This document shows positions 1-9,393 of a stretch of 32,000 bases of DNA, in pieces. The notes below the pieces were generated by a model. It made no database searches. It was not told the DNA's origin and saw only the letters and a program-made list of their open reading frames with translations. The DNA is from Candidatus Arthromitus sp. SFB-mouse-Japan (lineage in GTDB: Bacteria > Bacillota > Clostridia > Clostridiales > Clostridiaceae), in assembly GCF_000270205.1 (NCBI RefSeq), contig NC_015913.1, positions 570,001 through 602,000 on the forward strand. The letters run 5' to 3'. Positions within the stretch are counted from its first letter, which is position 1, and each line of letters starts with the position of its first letter. The translations under genes were made by a program, and so were the position numbers.

Positions 1-2072
1 TAGTTCAAGATCCTGGGCTTATATATATGTTTACAAAATTTAAGGAACTTGAGGTTCATGCGTCAACTCAATTAAGTATACATAATTTATTTGGTGCAAA
101 GTATTTTAAAGATAACGGAATAACTCGTATTGTGGTTGCGAGGGAATTATCTATTGAGGATATAAGAACTATTTCTGAGGAAGTTGAAACTGAGGGATTT
201 ATTCATGGAGCAATTTGTGTTAGTTATTCGGGTCAATGTACTATGAGTGGACTTATATCAGATAGAAGTGGGAATAGGGGAAGGTGTGCTCAGCCCTGTC
301 GTATGGAATATTCTTTGATAGATGATAATAGTAAATTTCATAAAACAGGTTTTCTCATGAGTACAAAAGATTTGATGACTATAAATATTTTGCCAAAACT
401 TTTAAAGGAAACGAAGATTAAATCATTAAAGATTGAGGGAAGAATGAAACGTGGAGAGTATGTTGTGAATACGGTTCGTTCTTATAAGGAAGTAATAAGG
501 GAGATTGAAAAAAATAAGGAAGTTACAGATTTATATATAAAGAAAAAGGAAGATGATTTATTAAAAGTATTTAATAGAGAGGGATTTACAAATGGATATA
601 TGCTTGGTTATGAAGGTGAGAAGTTTTTATCTGTAAATAACCCTAAAAATCAAGGCACATATTTAGGAGAGATGTTAAATGATGGATATATTATTTTGAA
701 GAATGATGTGTCACTTGGAGATGGAATTTCTTCGTTATATGATGGATGTATTTTAACAAAGATACTTTATAATAATGAAAAGGTATCTGTAGGAAAGTCT
801 GGCATGAAGGTTAAATTATTTCCAACGAGATTTTCAAAAGGAGATAAAATTTTTAAGACTAATGATCAAAAATTTGAGAGAGAATTGAGGGAGAGTTTTA
901 AAAAAGAATATGTAAATAAAAATTATGTTAATGCTAATTTTGTATTTGAAGTTAATAAACCTATGACTTTAGAACTTAAATATAAGGGTTATAGGGTGAA
1001 AGTATTTGGTGGGGTTGTTGATGAAGCCATAAATACTCCTTTAGACAGAGATAGGATTATAACTCAGTTAAAGAAAGGAAGTATTGGAAGCTTTTCTATA
1101 GGTGAGGTTAGTTTGAATTACCAGGAGGGATATATAAATATTTCAAAGATAAATGAATTAAGAAGAGAGTCTCTAACTAAGTTAAGAGATAAGGTGGTTA
1201 ATAGTTATCACAATAATTTTGAATTTAGTTTTGATGAAAATTTTTTAGCTGATAAAAAAGATATTCAAAATGATGATGAAAGTTATATTATTTATGTTTC
1301 AACTCAAGAACAGTTTAATGTTGTTTATGAAAATGGATATAGAAATATTATAATATCTCCTTTTATATATAGAAGAAAATTAGACTTTGAAAGTATTTTA
1401 TCGAAGGGTGATTTAAATTTATATGTGAAATTTCCAACAATAATAAAAGATAGTGAAATGGAAAAAATATTTAGAGTATTTGAAAAATTTAAAGATAGTA
1501 TAAAAGGAATTTTAACAAGTAATGCAGGTATACTTAGACATTTTAGAGGTTCAGACTATGAAATAATAGGAGATGTTAAACTAAATGTATTCAATGAAGT
1601 TTCAACTAGATTTTATAAAGAAATAGATATTTTTACAATAAGTGTGGAACTGTCTAGGAAAGAAATATTTGATTTATCTACGATAAGCGATAAAAAACTT
1701 TGTATGTTTGTTTACGGGAAGACGGACATAATGGTTAGTGAATATTGTCCAATAGGAACATTTGTAGGGAAAAGGTCTTTAAATAATAAGTGTTCACGAC
1801 CTTGTACTAGGGACAATTTTTATTTAAAAGACAGGGTTAATAATAAGCTACTTTTAACAACGGAAATTAATTGTAAAATTCATACATATAAAGAGAAACC
1901 TATTGATTTAATAAGTCAGATTAATGAGATTAAAAATAAAAATATAAATGTTTTTAGGTTAGATTTTATTGATGAAAGTTGTGAAGATGTTCAGAAAATA
2001 TTAAATAATTTGTTTGAAAAACGTTCAGCTAAAAATGCATTTAGTGGGAACTATTATAAGCCTGTTGAGTAA
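1..2072 (+). CDS. U32 family peptidase-like protein, 5' end truncated by the window edge; probably an Fe-S U32 enzyme
   Basis: The reading frame stays open upstream of the listed Met back to nt 3 (VQDPGLIY-MFTK...), so the gene starts outside the window. It matches the U32 signature E-x-F-x2-G-[SA]-[LIVM]-C-x4-G-x-C-x-[LIVM]-S (EGFIHGAICVSYSGQCTMS). It also has a Cx6Cx15Cx3C cluster at nt 216-299. Confidence 0.85.
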   Translation, partial: VQDPGLIYMFTKFKELEVHASTQLSIHNLFGAKYFKDNGITRIVVARELSIEDIRTISEEVETEGFIHGAICVSYSGQCTMSGLISDRSGNRGRCAQPCRMEYSLIDDNSKFHKTGFLMSTKDLMTINILPKLLKETKIKSLKIEGRMKRGEYVVNTVRSYKEVIREIEKNKEVTDLYIKKKEDDLLKVFNREGFTNGYMLGYEGEKFLSVNNPKNQGTYLGEMLNDGYIILKNDVSLGDGISSLYDGCILTKILYNNEKVSVGKSGMKVKLFPTRFSKGDKIFKTNDQKFERELRESFKKEYVNKNYVNANFVFEVNKPMTLELKYKGYRVKVFGGVVDEAINTPLDRDRIITQLKKGSIGSFSIGEVSLNYQEGYINISKINELRRESLTKLRDKVVNSYHNNFEFSFDENFLADKKDIQNDDESYIIYVSTQEQFNVVYENGYRNIIISPFIYRRKLDFESILSKGDLNLYVKFPTIIKDSEMEKIFRVFEKFKDSIKGILTSNAGILRHFRGSDYEIIGDVKLNVFNEVSTRFYKEIDIFTISVELSRKEIFDLSTISDKKLCMFVYGKTDIMVSEYCPIGTFVGKRSLNNKCSRPCTRDNFYLKDRVNNKLLLTTEINCKIHTYKEKPIDLISQINEIKNKNINVFRLDFIDESCEDVQKILNNLFEKRSAKNAFSGNYYKPVE

Positions 2073-2088
2073 TAGGGGAGGTAATCAA

Positions 2089-4440
2089 ATGAATTCTAGA
2101 GTTTTAAAATTGCTCGAGTTTGATAAAGTGAAAGAGAAAATTTTTAAATATGTTAGAACTCAGAATGCAAAAAAAATTATAAATGAGTTGCAACCATTTT
2201 CAACAATAGATGAAGTCATACAAAATTTAAATGAAACGAGTGAAGCAATTGAATTTATAAAAGAGTTTAGTTCTCCAGATTTTGTAGGATTAGATGATGT
2301 CTATATATATCTCGAAAAAATTGATAAGGGTGGGAGTGTATCGATTAAAGAAATATATAAGATTGGTACAACTTTAAAATGTATAAGAGAAGTTAAGGAT
2401 TATTTGTCAAAAAGAAGTTTAAATTATCTGAATTATTATTATGATAATATTTCTACATTTAAATATTTAGAGGATGATATTTTTAAAGCCATAAAAGATG
2501 GAGAAGAGATAAGTGATTTTGCTAGTGACAATTTATTTAAAATTAGAAAAGAGTTAAAGAGTAAGACTGCCTCAATTAAGAGGAAATTATCTGAAATACT
2601 AAAGACATATTCAAAATATCTTCAAGAAAATGTATTTACAGTGCGTGGCGATAGATATTGCATTCCTGTCAAATCAGAGTACAAATCTCAAATTCAAGGC
2701 ATTATACATAATCAAAGTTCTTCGGGATCTACATATTTTATTGAACCGCTTGTTCTAGTTAATTTAAATAATGAAGTTAATGAATTGATAGAAAATGAAA
2801 AAGAAGAGATACAGAGAATTTTAAGATTAATTTGTATGAAAATTCAAGATTCTATTGATAATATATATCTAAGTATAAAAATTATTTATTCTCTTGAATT
2901 TATATTTGGTAAGGGAAATTATTCTATTGAAATTGACGGAATAAAACCTGATGTTAATGATGGGGAAGATATATATTTAATTTCTGCAAGGCATCCACTT
3001 ATCAACAGAGAAGATGTAGTGCCACTTAATCTTGATTTTACGAAAGATAGAAAAGCGATAATTATAACAGGTCCTAATACTGGAGGTAAGACTGTAACCT
3101 TAAAGACTTTAGGATTAATGCATTTGATGGCACATAGTGGATTGTTTATACCTGCATATGAAGGAAGCAGGGTAATGTTTTTGAATGAGATTTTTGCAGA
3201 TATAGGGGATGAACAAAGCCTTGAGCAAAATTTATCAACTTTTTCTTCTCACATAAAAAATATAATTAGTATGACAGATAATATTAAAGATAAAACTTTA
3301 GTATTGCTGGACGAAGTTGGTTCTGGGACTGATCCTGAAGAAGGAGCAGCTTTAGCGATTTCTATAATGGAACATTTTATAAATTCTGGATGTAAACTTA
3401 TGGGTACAACTCATTATAGTCAACTTAAGACTTATGCTATAAACTCAGATAATGTTGAAAATGCATCGGTTGAATTTGATGTTAAAACTCTTAGGCCAAC
3501 GTATAGGTTAAATGTTGGTATACCTGGGAAATCTAATGCATTTATAATTGCAGATTCTTTAGGTATGAATCAATCAATAATAGAAAATGCACAAAAATAT
3601 TTATCTGAAGATATAATAAAATTTGAATCTATAATAAAAACATTAGAGGAGAAGACAACAGAAGCTATTAAAAATAATAGAGAGATAGAGATTTTAAGAG
3701 AAGAAAATAAAATTTTAAATGATAAATTGAAAAAACGTCTTGAGAATATTGAGAAGGAAAAACTTAGAATTATTGAATCAGCAAAGGATGAGGGATATCA
3801 AATTATAAGTAATGCAAAAGGAGAAATAGATAAAGTACTTAAAATAATAAATGCTCTCGAAATGAATGGAATTGATTTAAGTAGTGTAAAAGATTTGGAA
3901 TCAGCACGACGAGAAATTAAGAAGAAAATCGATAAACAAAATAAGATGAATGAAGAGAAGAGTTTTAAAAATAGTTCTAAATTTAACATAGAATTCAAGT
4001 CTGGAATGACAGCATTTTTAAAAAGAATAGGTCAAAATGTTATAATTCTTGAAAATCCTGATTCTAAAGGTAATGTATTGGTTCAAGCTGGGGTATTGAA
4101 ATTAACAGTAAATATAGCAGAACTTGAAAGTCCTATAAAAGATAAATTTAGTAAAGTTATTAAGAGTAAGAGGGATTTGAAACTTAGAACAAATACTATA
4201 TCTACATCTCTCGATTTAAGAGGAATGGATGAATTAAATGCAATAAGTGAGGTTGAGAAATATTTAGATGATGCTTTTGTTTCTGGACTTAATGAAGTGT
4301 GTATAATACATGGTAAGGGTACAGGAGTGCTTAAAAATTCTATAAATAATCTTTTAAGGAATCATATTCATGTTAAGGCACATAGACTTGGTGAATACGG
4401 TGAAGGTGGGAATGGAGTTACAATAGTTTATCTTAAATAA
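2089..4440 (+). CDS. mutS2: Endonuclease MutS2 (MutS domain V ATPase plus C-terminal Smr domain)
   Basis: Motifs seen: Walker A GPNTGGKT, DEVGSGTDPEEGAAL, and a C-terminal Smr region (LDLRGM...IIHGKGTGVLK). The start is moved from the ORF-track Met at 2014, which lies inside the upstream gene, to ATG 2089. That ATG sits 7 nt after GGGGAGG (2075-2081). Confidence 0.9.
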   Translation: MNSRVLKLLEFDKVKEKIFKYVRTQNAKKIINELQPFSTIDEVIQNLNETSEAIEFIKEFSSPDFVGLDDVYIYLEKIDKGGSVSIKEIYKIGTTLKCIREVKDYLSKRSLNYLNYYYDNISTFKYLEDDIFKAIKDGEEISDFASDNLFKIRKELKSKTASIKRKLSEILKTYSKYLQENVFTVRGDRYCIPVKSEYKSQIQGIIHNQSSSGSTYFIEPLVLVNLNNEVNELIENEKEEIQRILRLICMKIQDSIDNIYLSIKIIYSLEFIFGKGNYSIEIDGIKPDVNDGEDIYLISARHPLINREDVVPLNLDFTKDRKAIIITGPNTGGKTVTLKTLGLMHLMAHSGLFIPAYEGSRVMFLNEIFADIGDEQSLEQNLSTFSSHIKNIISMTDNIKDKTLVLLDEVGSGTDPEEGAALAISIMEHFINSGCKLMGTTHYSQLKTYAINSDNVENASVEFDVKTLRPTYRLNVGIPGKSNAFIIADSLGMNQSIIENAQKYLSEDIIKFESIIKTLEEKTTEAIKNNREIEILREENKILNDKLKKRLENIEKEKLRIIESAKDEGYQIISNAKGEIDKVLKIINALEMNGIDLSSVKDLESARREIKKKIDKQNKMNEEKSFKNSSKFNIEFKSGMTAFLKRIGQNVIILENPDSKGNVLVQAGVLKLTVNIAELESPIKDKFSKVIKSKRDLKLRTNTISTSLDLRGMDELNAISEVEKYLDDAFVSGLNEVCIIHGKGTGVLKNSINNLLRNHIHVKAHRLGEYGEGGNGVTIVYLK

Positions 4441-4442
4441 AA

Positions 4443-4475
4443 GAATCCAATTATTTAATTGGGTTCTTTTTTTTC
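4443..4475 (+). terminator. Rho-independent terminator after mutS2
   Basis: Hairpin GAATCCAATT / AATTGGGTTC with one G-U pair, followed by a T-run of 9. Confidence 0.75.
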
Positions 4476-4520
4476 TTTTTAATCATAAAATTTTATTAAA
4501 TTGAGATAAAGGAGATTATT

Positions 4521-4802
4521 ATGGGAAAATTTATTGGTGAGATCAAAGATGTTATGGTTAATAAATTAGATATTCCTCGGGAAATCGTTAAAAATTCGTA
4601 TAAAGTTATAATAGATGGTGATGAGTTTATAACGATTGAAAATCATAAAGGTATTTTAAAATTTCAAAGTAATGAAGTTGTATTGAGGGTTGAAGGTGGT
4701 AAATTTATTATTAATGGTAGTAATTTTGTGATAGTTTATATTTCTGGCAAGACAATAAAATTGATGGGGAGTATTAAGGGGGTAAATTATGATCAACTTT
4801 GA
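4521..4802 (+). CDS. yqfC: Sporulation protein YqfC (YabP/YqfC family)
   Basis: A 93-aa protein with YabP/YqfC-like sequence (ITIENHKGILKFQSNEVVLRVEGGKFIINGSNF). RBS AAGGAG lies upstream. It is followed by, and overlaps, yqfD as in Bacillus and Clostridium. Confidence 0.8.
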   Translation: MGKFIGEIKDVMVNKLDIPREIVKNSYKVIIDGDEFITIENHKGILKFQSNEVVLRVEGGKFIINGSNFVIVYISGKTIKLMGSIKGVNYDQL

Positions 4803-5994
4803 TAAATTCCCATTTATAAATGGAAAGATACAATTAAGAATAATTTCTAAGAATTCTGAGCAATTGCTCAATACAATTTGGAAAAGAGAGATAAAAGTCA
4901 CAGATGTTATAAGAGAGAATCTTTATAGTATGTGTTTGATGATTAATTCTGAAAATTTTAAAGAGATTAAGAAAATTTGTGATGAAACAAATAGTGAAGT
5001 AAGTGTTATTAAGATGGGGAAACTTATTAAGTTTATATATAATCTAAAGGTTTATTTTACTTTATCTATTGGAATAGGTGTATCTATAGGTATAATAATG
5101 TTTTTATCTATGTTTATATGGAGAATTGATATAGAAGGTGATAAACATGTGTCACCTTATGAAATAAGACAAGCTATAAAAGATCTCGGTGTACATAAAG
5201 GAATGTTAAAATTTAAAATTGATACAGATAAATTAGAAGAGGAGATAGTGGCAAATAATAAAAATCTATTGTGGAGTAAAGTTAGAGTTCAAGGATCTAC
5301 TCTTCAAATAGAAGTTATTGAGAGTTTTAAGCCTCCAGTGATAGAGGTTGACTCATCTCTTGGAGATATTGTTGCAGATAAAGATGGAGAAATTGTTCGT
5401 GTATATACTCAGTCTGGAACATCTGTAGTTAAAGCTGGAGATATTGTTAAGAAAGGAGATATTTTGATAGGAGGATATCAAGGTAAAGAGGGGAATGTTT
5501 ATGAAGTAGCCCCTATTGGAGATGTAATTGCGAAGACTTTTATGGAGTTTGAAGAAATAATTGAATTAGAAGGAACAAAAAATGTAAATACTAAAAATAT
5601 GATAGATGAGTATTATATCAATATTTTTGGAAAGAAACTTTATATTAAAAAATATAAAGATGAGTTTGAAAATTATGAGAAGATTAGTTATGATGGAAAA
5701 TTTATTAAAAAGAATATATACTATGAAGTAGATAAGGTATCGTACACATTAAGTCCAGATAATGTGAAAAAAAGTTTAGTTGACCATTATACTAAGTATG
5801 TTAAACAAAATTTAAAACAATCAGATTCTATTGCTGGAGTTATAGTTAAGGATGAAATTGTTGATAACAAGCTTAAATTTAAAATTTCATTTGTTATAGA
5901 GGAGAAAATAGGGGTTAAGGTTTCTAAAGCTCAAGATGATCAAGAATTGCAAAAAATAACTAATGAAAGTCAGAATGTAGAAAATATTCAATAA
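4789..5994 (+). CDS. yqfD: Sporulation protein YqfD
   Basis: Its start overlaps the yqfC stop by 14 nt. It has a central TM segment (YFTLSIGIGVSIGIIMFLSMFIW) and a YqfD-like N-terminal region, and sits in the conserved position after yqfC. Confidence 0.8.
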   Translation: MINFDKFPFINGKIQLRIISKNSEQLLNTIWKREIKVTDVIRENLYSMCLMINSENFKEIKKICDETNSEVSVIKMGKLIKFIYNLKVYFTLSIGIGVSIGIIMFLSMFIWRIDIEGDKHVSPYEIRQAIKDLGVHKGMLKFKIDTDKLEEEIVANNKNLLWSKVRVQGSTLQIEVIESFKPPVIEVDSSLGDIVADKDGEIVRVYTQSGTSVVKAGDIVKKGDILIGGYQGKEGNVYEVAPIGDVIAKTFMEFEEIIELEGTKNVNTKNMIDEYYINIFGKKLYIKKYKDEFENYEKISYDGKFIKKNIYYEVDKVSYTLSPDNVKKSLVDHYTKYVKQNLKQSDSIAGVIVKDEIVDNKLKFKISFVIEEKIGVKVSKAQDDQELQKITNESQNVENIQ

Positions 5995-6070
5995 GCATTA
6001 ATTAGATATTGGTATAAGATAAGTTTTATAGTAGAGTTTAAGCAGAATATTGGTTAAGGAGGAATGATTA

Positions 6071-8158
6071 TTGAAGATACCTAGATTTACTAGTAGTATT
6101 TGGAAATATAAAAATTATTTAATGTTATTGTTTCTTATGTTATTTGTAGTGATTGTTGTATTATCATCTACACTTGAGAGGAAATATGATCTAAAACTTG
6201 GAGAAGTATCAACATATACAATAAAGGCACCAAGGGAAACGCTAGATAGGATTTCTACAGAACAAAGAGTAAAAATTGCAAGAGAGGAAGTATCGGCTCA
6301 ATTTAATCATGTAAAAGAGGTAAGATATGATGTTTTAGATAAATTAAGTAATTTATTTAAAGAATTATATGAACTAAAGAATTATTCTTCAATTGCAACT
6401 GTAATATTTGATGAATTGAATCAAAAATATGGTATTGCTTTAGATGCAGCAGGTTATAGAAAGATATTAGCTCTAGATACAGAATCAATGACAAATTATG
6501 AGAGGTTGTTAACTGATATTATAAACAAAATATATGAATTGAAGATTGAAGAGGGAAATTTAAGCGATATCGAAAATGTAAAGTCTTTTGCAAGGGAAGA
6601 AATAAATAAAAGAATGTCAGATAATAATTTTATTGATATTTCTCTTAATATAATTTTTCCAATGATAAAGCCAAACTTTTTCTATGATAGTGAAAAGACA
6701 GAGCAAAAAAGGGAAGAGGCTGTAAAAAATATATCTCCTGTTATAATCAAAAAAGATCAAATAATAATTAGTGCAGGGGAGGTTGTAACTGAAAATCACA
6801 TCTCTATTTTGGATAGTTTAGGATTGCTCAAAACTTCAAATGTGAATTGGAAATTAAACATTTCTATAATTTCATTGATTTTATTTACATTTTTAATTGA
6901 GTATTTGTATTATAAGAAGTATAGGAAAGAATGTATTTCCAATACTAATTATTTAAATGTTATTATGATAATAAAGCTTATTATTATAATTTTGGTTAGA
7001 GTAATTAGTGATCAGTATATATACATAGTTCCATTTGCCCTTGGACCTCTTGCTATAACAGCTTTGATTGATAACAAAGTATCTCTTATGACTAATTTGA
7101 TGACACTTGTATTAATAGCAATAATAATTAAATTTAATATTGTTGTGGTTTTTATAGGATTGTTCGATGTTATTTTAGGAGGTTTATTTTTAAAGAGAAT
7201 AAGAAATAGGATGCATTTTATTAAATTGTCTGTTTGGTTTGGATTAACTAATGTGATAGTATTAATGACTGTTTCATTTATAATAGCAAATGTAAAGTCT
7301 ATTACTTTTATAGATATAATTTTATCGTTTTTTAGTGGAATACTTTCTTCTATACTGGTTGCAGGTATATTACCTATATTTGAAAATTTGTTTAATATAG
7401 TTACTTCTATGAAATTATTAGAATTGATTAATCCGGAACATCCTCTTTTAAGGAAATTGGTTGTTGAGGCTCCAGGAACTTATAATCATAGTTTAATGGT
7501 TGCAAATTTATCTGAGGCTGCTAGTGATGCAATTGGAGCAAACTCGCTACTTACAAGGGTTTCTGCTTATTATCACGATATTGGTAAGACGGGGAGACCA
7601 TATTTCTTTAAAGAAAATCAGGTAGGTAATAAAAACCCGCATGATAGGATTGATCCACTAACAAGTGCTAATATAATTTTTTCACATGTTAAGTATGGGT
7701 TACAGCTTGCTCGTGAATATGGTTTACCTAAGTTTGTTGAACATGCAATAGAAGGTCACCATGCAAATACACTTGTTAAATATTTTTATATTATGGCTAA
7801 GAAAAATGCTGAAGATCCTGATCTTATTAAGGAAAAAGATTTTAGGTATGGGGGAGAGTTACCTAGGACAAAAGAGGTTACTATTCTCATGTTTGCTGAT
7901 AGTGTTGAAGCTGCTGTTAGATCGCTTAGTGATCCTACACAGGAAAATATACGAAATACTATTGAGAATATAGTTAATGATAAAATAAGCGATGGTCAAT
8001 TGAAGAATAGTCCAATATCATTTAGGGATATTGAAATTATTAAGCAATCATTTGAAAAAACACTTAAGGGTATTTATCATGAAAGGATAGAGTATCCAAA
8101 AGAAGATGATATTAATGGTAAATCTAAAGGAAAAGGATTAGATACTAATGGATATTAA
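6071..8158 (+). CDS. pgpH: 7TM-HD membrane phosphohydrolase (PgpH/YqfF family, cyclic-di-AMP phosphodiesterase type)
   Basis: It has an N-terminal TM segment and extracellular domain, a multi-TM block, and a C-terminal HD domain (YNHSLMVANL, YYHDIGK, EGHH). The TTG start lies 8 nt after GGAGG (6058-6062). It occupies the yqfF position between yqfD and ybeY. Confidence 0.8.
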   Translation: MKIPRFTSSIWKYKNYLMLLFLMLFVVIVVLSSTLERKYDLKLGEVSTYTIKAPRETLDRISTEQRVKIAREEVSAQFNHVKEVRYDVLDKLSNLFKELYELKNYSSIATVIFDELNQKYGIALDAAGYRKILALDTESMTNYERLLTDIINKIYELKIEEGNLSDIENVKSFAREEINKRMSDNNFIDISLNIIFPMIKPNFFYDSEKTEQKREEAVKNISPVIIKKDQIIISAGEVVTENHISILDSLGLLKTSNVNWKLNISIISLILFTFLIEYLYYKKYRKECISNTNYLNVIMIIKLIIIILVRVISDQYIYIVPFALGPLAITALIDNKVSLMTNLMTLVLIAIIIKFNIVVVFIGLFDVILGGLFLKRIRNRMHFIKLSVWFGLTNVIVLMTVSFIIANVKSITFIDIILSFFSGILSSILVAGILPIFENLFNIVTSMKLLELINPEHPLLRKLVVEAPGTYNHSLMVANLSEAASDAIGANSLLTRVSAYYHDIGKTGRPYFFKENQVGNKNPHDRIDPLTSANIIFSHVKYGLQLAREYGLPKFVEHAIEGHHANTLVKYFYIMAKKNAEDPDLIKEKDFRYGGELPRTKEVTILMFADSVEAAVRSLSDPTQENIRNTIENIVNDKISDGQLKNSPISFRDIEIIKQSFEKTLKGIYHERIEYPKEDDINGKSKGKGLDTNGY

Positions 8159-8645
8159 TATAGAAAATTGTCAGGATATTTTTGAGATAGATGTTCATGA
8201 GTTTATAGATAATGTTGTAAGACATGTATTGAAATTTGAGGAAGTAGATATCGAATGTGAACTAAATGTATTTTTGGTTGATAATAAGAAGATAAGAGAA
8301 ATTAATTTAGAGTATAGGGGGATAGATAGATCAACAGACTGTCTATCCTTCCCTATGCTTAATTATAAAAAGGGTAATGTTTTTAAAGATCAATATAAAA
8401 ATTATGAGTTTAAAAATTATGAATTAGATGATGGGAAACTTATTTTAGGTGATATAATTATTTCTCTTGAGAAAGCAAATGAACAATCTATAGAGTTTAA
8501 TCATAGTTTTGAGAGAGAAACTAAATATTTATTAATACATTCTTTATTGCATTTGCTTGGTTATGATCATATTGAAGATTCTGAAAAACAAATAATGAGA
8601 GTTCGAGAAAAAAGTATAATTAAGTATTTGAAAATATTTAGGTAA
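8148..8645 (+). CDS. ybeY: rRNA maturation endoribonuclease YbeY
   Basis: Zinc motif HxxxHxxxxxH (HSLLHLLGYDH). The start overlaps the end of pgpH by 11 nt. Confidence 0.9.
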   Translation: MDINIENCQDIFEIDVHEFIDNVVRHVLKFEEVDIECELNVFLVDNKKIREINLEYRGIDRSTDCLSFPMLNYKKGNVFKDQYKNYEFKNYELDDGKLILGDIIISLEKANEQSIEFNHSFERETKYLLIHSLLHLLGYDHIEDSEKQIMRVREKSIIKYLKIFR

Positions 8646-8672
8646 ACTTTATAATTAGGGAGGAAGATAACC

Positions 8673-9371
8673 ATTAAGATAAAGAGGATAGTTGATAGTT
8701 TTAATAATGCATTAGAAGGCATGCTTTACGCTGTTAGAACTCAAATGAACATGAAAATACATTTATTGATAGCATTTTTTATAATGAGTATATCTTTATT
8801 TTATGATATAACTAAAATTGAATTGATAATATTATCTTTGACGATAACTTTAGTTGTTTTTGCAGAGCTTGTTAACACAGCCATTGAAATTGCCATCGAT
8901 GCTACGACAAATTATTATCATCCGCTGGCTAAAATAGCTAAAAATATATCTGCAGGGGCAGTATTACTTACAGCTCTTAATGCGACGTTTATTGGTTATT
9001 TAATATTTTGGGATAAAATAAGTAACTTTAGTTTTACAGTTATAAATAAAATTAAGCAAAGCAATCCATATATGGTATTTATGATTTTGTTAATGGTAGT
9101 GATATTTACAGTAATAGCAAAGGCTATATATGGTGAAGGAACACCATTAAGGGGTGGAATGCCAAGTGGGCATAGTACTATTTCCTTTTCTATAGCAACA
9201 ATAATTTCATTTATAACAAATGAACCCATAATTGTAGGGTTGAGCTTTATTATGGCAATTATTGTAGCTCAGAGTAGAGTAGATACTGGAGTACATAGTT
9301 TAAATGAGGTTATCGTTGGAGCTATACTTGGTATAGGTCTGACTATTGTAATACTTAAAATATTTTTGTGA
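8673..9371 (+). CDS. dgkA: DgkA-family lipid kinase (diacylglycerol/undecaprenol kinase) fused to a PAP2-type phosphatase domain
   Basis: The N-terminal half is DgkA-like (AELVNTAIEIAID, AKNISAGAVLL). The C-terminal half carries PAP2 motifs PSGH and SRVDTGVHSLNE. The conserved DgkA N-terminus (IKIKRIVDSFNNALEG) lies upstream of the first ATG (8721) and has no ATG/GTG/TTG. The start is tentatively placed at ATT 8673, after GGGAGG (8658-8663). Confidence 0.7.
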   Translation: MKIKRIVDSFNNALEGMLYAVRTQMNMKIHLLIAFFIMSISLFYDITKIELIILSLTITLVVFAELVNTAIEIAIDATTNYYHPLAKIAKNISAGAVLLTALNATFIGYLIFWDKISNFSFTVINKIKQSNPYMVFMILLMVVIFTVIAKAIYGEGTPLRGGMPSGHSTISFSIATIISFITNEPIIVGLSFIMAIIVAQSRVDTGVHSLNEVIVGAILGIGLTIVILKIFL

Positions 9372-9393
9372 GTAATTTAAGGAGGAATGTTTC

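Noticed and set aside
2014-2088. The ORF-track start of MutS2 at 2014 (MKNVQLKMHLVG...).
   Set aside because: This stretch overlaps the last ~20 codons of the upstream U32 gene and has no RBS. ATG 2089 follows GGGGAGG and yields the canonical MutS2 N-terminus (MNSRVLKLLEFDKV).
4476-4520. A SigE-type -10 (CATAAAAT, approximately 4484-4491) upstream of yqfC.
   Set aside because: The corresponding -35 position falls inside the mutS2 terminator T-run and does not match the SigE -35 consensus. Evidence is too thin to annotate.
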